Positions 16,741 to 20,000 of a stretch of DNA of 20,000 nt are shown here, one piece after another. This stretch comes from an uncultured virus (IMG/VR IMGVR_UViG_3300006674_000076) (lineage: Duplodnaviria; Heunggongvirae; Uroviricota; Caudoviricetes). Position numbers and translations under genes: made by a program. The number at the start of each line of letters is the position of its first letter. Position 1 is the first letter of the stretch. The stretch spans positions 55,922-75,921 of IMG/VR virus record IMGVR_UViG_3300006674_000076, one strand, 5' to 3'. A model generated the notes under the pieces. The model searched no databases, was not told where the DNA came from, and saw nothing but the letters and a program-made list of their open reading frames with translations.

Positions 16741-17987
16741 TGGGAGAAGCGATAATCAGTAGGCGTGGCGGGAAGTATGATATTGGCGNTGTAATAGCTA
16801 TGTCACACTTAGCGGAAGCAGAACCAAATGAAGTGTGGAGCAAAACAGATGTGGCGAATGGGTATGGTATAGCAGTAGACAACATAGGTAATGTGTATTG
16901 TGCACACTATGTTGGTAGTGGTAATAAAGCAATACGTAAGCTTGACAGTAATGGTAATGAAGTATGGAGTAAAACAGATGTAGCGAATGGGATTGGTATA
17001 GCAGTAGACAACATAGGTAACGTATATTGTGCGCATTATGTTAGCAGTGTTAAAGCAATACGTAAGCTTGACAGCAATGGCGATGAAGTATGGAGTAAAA
17101 CTGATGTTAGCTATGGTCATGGTATAGCAGTAGATTCTGCGGGTAATGTTTATTGTGCTCATNATGTTTGGCCTGGTGATAAAGCAATAAGAAAACTTGA
17201 TAGTAATGGCAATGAAATATGGAGTAAAACTGATGTTGGCTTTGGNTTTGGTATAGCAGTAGATTCTGCGGGTAATGTTTATTGTGCTCATGATGTTGGC
17301 ACTGGTGGTAAAGCAATAAGAAAACTTGATAGTAATGGCAACGAAATATGGAGTAAAACTGATGTTGTCAATGGTCGTGGTATAGCAGTAGACAGTTCAG
17401 GAAATGTTTATTGTGCTCATTTAGTTGGTAGTAAAGCAATAAGAAAACTTGATAGTAATGGCAACGAAATATGGAGTAAAACTGATGTTGAACGTGGTTA
17501 TGGTATAGCAGTAGATTCTGCGGGTAATGTTTATTGTGCTCATGATGTTGGAAGTGGGAGTAAAGCAATAAGGAAGTTGGACAGTACAGGCAATGAAATA
17601 TGGAGTAAAACTGATGTTGGAAGTGGTCGTGGTATAGCAGTAGATTCTGCGGGTAATGTTTATTGTGCTCATTATGTTACAAGTGGTAAAGCAATAAGAA
17701 AACTTGATAGTAATGGCAACGAAATATGGAGTAAAACTGATGTTGGCTTTGGATTTGGTATAGCAGTAGACAGTTCAGGTAATGTTTATTGTGCTCATTA
17801 TGTTGGTGATAAAGCAATAAGAAAACTTGATAGTAATGGCAATGAAATATGGAGTAAAACTGATGTTTCCAATGGTTCTGGTATAGCAGTAGATTCTGCA
17901 GGTAATGTTTATTGTGCTCATGATGTTACAAGTGGTAAAGCAATAAGAAAACTTGATGGTGCTACTTATTATAAAATCATTTCATAA
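16740..17987 (+). CDS. Nine-repeat beta-propeller protein (NHL/SBBP-like); candidate receptor-binding protein 2
   Basis: 29-aa leader, then nine 40-43 aa repeats NEIWSKTDVxxGxGIAVDSAGNVYCAHxVxxxxKAIRKLDSNG. Lies between a fibre gene and the XkdX-type genes. Confidence 0.78.
   Translation: MGEAIISRRGGKYDIGXVIAMSHLAEAEPNEVWSKTDVANGYGIAVDNIGNVYCAHYVGSGNKAIRKLDSNGNEVWSKTDVANGIGIAVDNIGNVYCAHYVSSVKAIRKLDSNGDEVWSKTDVSYGHGIAVDSAGNVYCAHXVWPGDKAIRKLDSNGNEIWSKTDVGFXFGIAVDSAGNVYCAHDVGTGGKAIRKLDSNGNEIWSKTDVVNGRGIAVDSSGNVYCAHLVGSKAIRKLDSNGNEIWSKTDVERGYGIAVDSAGNVYCAHDVGSGSKAIRKLDSTGNEIWSKTDVGSGRGIAVDSAGNVYCAHYVTSGKAIRKLDSNGNEIWSKTDVGFGFGIAVDSSGNVYCAHYVGDKAIRKLDSNGNEIWSKTDVSNGSGIAVDSAGNVYCAHDVTSGKAIRKLDGATYYKIIS
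16827..17960 (+). repeat. Intragenic tandem repeat, 9 units of 123-129 bp (last unit slightly truncated)
   Basis: Units start at 16827, 16956, 17082, 17211, 17340, 17463, 17592, 17718 and 17841. Length differences are whole codons in loop 2. Confidence 0.97.
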
Positions 17988-17999
17988 GGAGGTAATGTG

Positions 18000-18320
18000 A
18001 TGAAATTTTTAGGTGATTTACAGAAGGTAGAAGAAAATAAATACAGGGTTGGTTTGATACATAACATGCCGTTTGACCCTGTGCAAGGGTTTGGTAAAAG
18101 TGCAGAGGAACTCGAGCAGATGGGCGTATTGGTGGATGATGTTCCCGAGCCGCAGATACCAGAGGGTAAGCAGATAGCGGGGTTGTTTGTTAATCCCATT
18201 ACCAAAGAAGTATGGTACGAGTATGAAGATAAGCCACTTGACCCTGAAGAAAGGTTACAAATATTAGAGCAGATAAATGCCCAGTTGTTAGTTGAGTTGC
18301 TGGAACAGGAGGTGCTATAA
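18000..18320 (+). CDS. Probable tail fibre assembly/chaperone protein (XkdW-like position)
   Basis: AGGAGG RBS with ATG 18000. Acidic, with VWYEYEDKP then a coiled-coil C-terminus. Precedes the XkdX-family gene. Confidence 0.6.
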   Translation: MKFLGDLQKVEENKYRVGLIHNMPFDPVQGFGKSAEELEQMGVLVDDVPEPQIPEGKQIAGLFVNPITKEVWYEYEDKPLDPEERLQILEQINAQLLVELLEQEVL

Positions 18321-18458
18321 ATGGATTGGTTCGCTATTGCAAAGTATTATTATGGCAGGGGGATTTACACTAAAGAACAAGTGGCAGTGTTTGTAGAAAA
18401 AGGAAAGATAACAGCAGAGGAATATGAAGAGATAGTCGGGGAGCCATTCCCAGAATAG
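18321..18458 (+). CDS. xkdX: XkdX-family small protein (45 aa)
   Basis: Not in the ORF track. MDWFAIAKYYYGRGIYTKEQVAVFVEKGKITAEEYEEIVGEPFPE with an AGGAGG RBS upstream. Confidence 0.88.
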   Translation: MDWFAIAKYYYGRGIYTKEQVAVFVEKGKITAEEYEEIVGEPFPE

Positions 18459-18468
18459 GGGGACGTAA

Positions 18469-18747
18469 ATGCCAGATGCAAGCATAGCCGAATATGGATT
18501 GGCAATTTTTGCTATAGCCATGCTTGGTTACGTGCTGGTAAAAGTACTGGTACAGCCGAAGAGTGAAAGGAATGAGGCAGTCCCGAAAGAGTTTGTGCAG
18601 GTTATTGAGAATAACACCGCAGTAATGCGAGAGTTGATGGATGTAATACGTGAGCTCCAAGTTGAGATGGCGAAGCAGCAAGTAAAGCTTGACGAGATAT
18701 TGGATGCTGCAAGGCATGTAAGGAGGCGTCCAGATGACAGAAAATAA
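18469..18747 (+). CDS. Single-TM plus coiled-coil lysis-cassette protein (BhlA/XhlA-like holin partner)
   Basis: N-terminal hydrophobic helix YGLAIFAIAMLGYVLVKVLV followed by heptad repeats. Confidence 0.6.
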   Translation: MPDASIAEYGLAIFAIAMLGYVLVKVLVQPKSERNEAVPKEFVQVIENNTAVMRELMDVIRELQVEMAKQQVKLDEILDAARHVRRRPDDRK

Positions 18748-18955
18748 GTTTTCAAAGAAGGTGGTTCGTTGGATTATCATGCTTAATGCCTTGTTTGTGG
18801 TGGCAGTATTAATACTTTATTGGCACACTGGTTCTGAGCCAGCAACGTTAATAGCGAGTTGGTTTGCNTTTACCACNGGNGANTTGTGGGCATTAGCNGG
18901 AATAAAGAGAGAAGAGACAAAGAAGGGAGGGAGCGACGATGAAAGTATGCATTGA
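18734..18955 (+). CDS. Small two-TM membrane protein, putative holin
   Basis: Two hydrophobic segments and a charged C-terminal tail. Overlaps the endolysin start. Confidence 0.6.
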   Translation: MTENKFSKKVVRWIIMLNALFVVAVLILYWHTGSEPATLIASWFXFTXXXLWALXGIKREETKKGGSDDESMH

Positions 18956-19688
18956 TCCTGGGCATGGTGGCACTCAACCTGGCGCTGTAGGGTATTTCGG
19001 GACGAAAGAAAAGGATATTACGCTTCAGGTTGCTTTNCAGCTNAGAGATGTACTNAAAAATGCGGGTGTGGAAGTGGTAATGACAAGGGAGAGCGATAAA
19101 GATGTGAGAACGGCCAAGCAACCCAACGAACTGCAGGCACGCTGTGACGTAGCAAACACCGCTAATGCCGATGTTTTCATTTCAATACATTGTAATGCAT
19201 CAAATGACTCGTCGGCCCATGGGACGGAGACGTGGTACTACCCGAAAGACGCCAAAAGCAAGACTTTAGCACATTTTATCCAGACGGAGTTGGTGAAACA
19301 AATAGGTCTAAAGGACAGAGGAGTTAAACAAGGCAATTATTACGTAACACGTTATACGAAAATGCCAGCAGTGCTTGTAGAAGTGGCATTTATCAGTAAC
19401 CCTGAAGAGGAGGTATTACTGAAGAATAAGGCATTTCAGAAGAAGTGCGCTATTGGCATAGCTAATGGCGTGCTTAGTTTTTTAGGCATGTCTCTAGTAA
19501 AGGAGGGGCAGAGTATGAAAGACGTACCGCAGACGCACTGGGCGTATAAGTACATTAAAGAGCTAGACGACCTAGGGATTATTCAAGGTGACGCTAATGG
19601 AAACTTCCACCCTGACAAAGCAGCTACGAAGGCAGAAGTAGCTACAATGTTTGCAAAGTTATATGAAAAATTGAAAGGAGGGCAGTAA
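18939..19688 (+). CDS. Endolysin: N-acetylmuramoyl-L-alanine amidase (Amidase_3) with a C-terminal SLH domain
   Basis: IDPGHGG, EKD, FISIHCN and AVLVEVAFISN zinc-amidase motifs. SLH-like DVPQTHWAYKYI...GIIQG...FHPDKAATKAEVATM. Confidence 0.93.
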   Translation: MKVCIDPGHGGTQPGAVGYFGTKEKDITLQVAXQXRDVXKNAGVEVVMTRESDKDVRTAKQPNELQARCDVANTANADVFISIHCNASNDSSAHGTETWYYPKDAKSKTLAHFIQTELVKQIGLKDRGVKQGNYYVTRYTKMPAVLVEVAFISNPEEEVLLKNKAFQKKCAIGIANGVLSFLGMSLVKEGQSMKDVPQTHWAYKYIKELDDLGIIQGDANGNFHPDKAATKAEVATMFAKLYEKLKGGQ

Positions 19689-19689
19689 G

Positions 19690-20000
19690 ATGCATGATGT
19701 AATTTTAAGGCTGCTATACGACATTATCGCTATTTTAGTATCAATCTTGGTAGCGTACTTGGTGGCATTGATACAGAAGAAGCTGGGCTCGGAGAAGGTG
19801 CAGAAGATAATATATGAACTGGAGACAAAGAAGGAATTGGCCCGAATTGCTGTAATGTTTGTTCAGCAAGCATATAATGATTTAGGTGGACCTGAGAAAT
19901 ACGAAAGAGCAGCAGACTGGCTAAGTGACATGTCAGATTATATGTGCTTAGATTTAACACCGGAAGAAGTAAAGGCCCTAATCGAAGCTGCGCTAAAAGA
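19690..20000 (+). CDS. Holin, LL-H-like family (runs off the window)
   Basis: Not in the ORF track. AGGAGG RBS. MHDVILRLLYDIIAILVSILVAYLVALIQKK...AVMFVQQAY..LGGPEKYERAA...EEVKALIEAALK. Confidence 0.8.
   Translation, partial: MHDVILRLLYDIIAILVSILVAYLVALIQKKLGSEKVQKIIYELETKKELARIAVMFVQQAYNDLGGPEKYERAADWLSDMSDYMCLDLTPEEVKALIEAALK

Noticed and set aside
16809..17672. Minus-strand repetitive ORFs (MSTINITRRIYC..., ...HEHNKHYPQNLLLY...)
   Set aside because: Antisense shadows of the propeller repeats, with no independent support.
14536..17960. CRISPR array interpretation of the tandem repeats
   Set aside because: Units are 123-135 bp, in frame and protein-coding, with only a few variable codons rather than unique spacers. 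No cas genes are present.
14020..17987. Complete canonical DGR within the window
   Set aside because: No RT or Avd ORF and no separate template repeat are visible, and synonymous framework adenines are invariant. Kept only as a hypothesis needing flanking sequence.

Overview
The window is the morphogenesis and lysis arm of a tailed siphovirus-type phage or prophage. The host is probably an S-layer-bearing Bacillota, judged from the strong GGAGG RBSs, an XkdX-family gene, an LL-H-type holin and an SLH-tagged endolysin. All credible genes are on the + strand: partial PAPS-reductase-like gene, terminase small and large subunits, portal, two small head-region ORFs, scaffold, major capsid, head-tail joining genes, tail tube plus a probable paralog, tail chaperones linked by a -1 frameshift, tape measure, Dit/hub, baseplate and fibre genes, and the lysis cassette. 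The most striking feature is two unrelated tail-tip genes (14020-15288 and 16740-17987), each built from near-identical 123-135 bp tandem DNA repeats encoding predicted beta-propeller blades. Their differences concentrate in two short loops per blade, are mostly non-synonymous, and fall mainly at codon positions 1-2 of NNT/NNC codons. Loop variants are shared in a mosaic way between blades, and several unresolved N bases lie in these genes. This suggests an active receptor-binding diversification process. No reverse transcriptase, separate template repeat or recombinase is visible in the window. Also noted: an H-type pseudoknot abutting the scaffold RBS, a very basic 40-aa ORF after the portal, and a 130-nt dual-coding overlap. 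All product calls come from motif recognition and synteny, not database searches.
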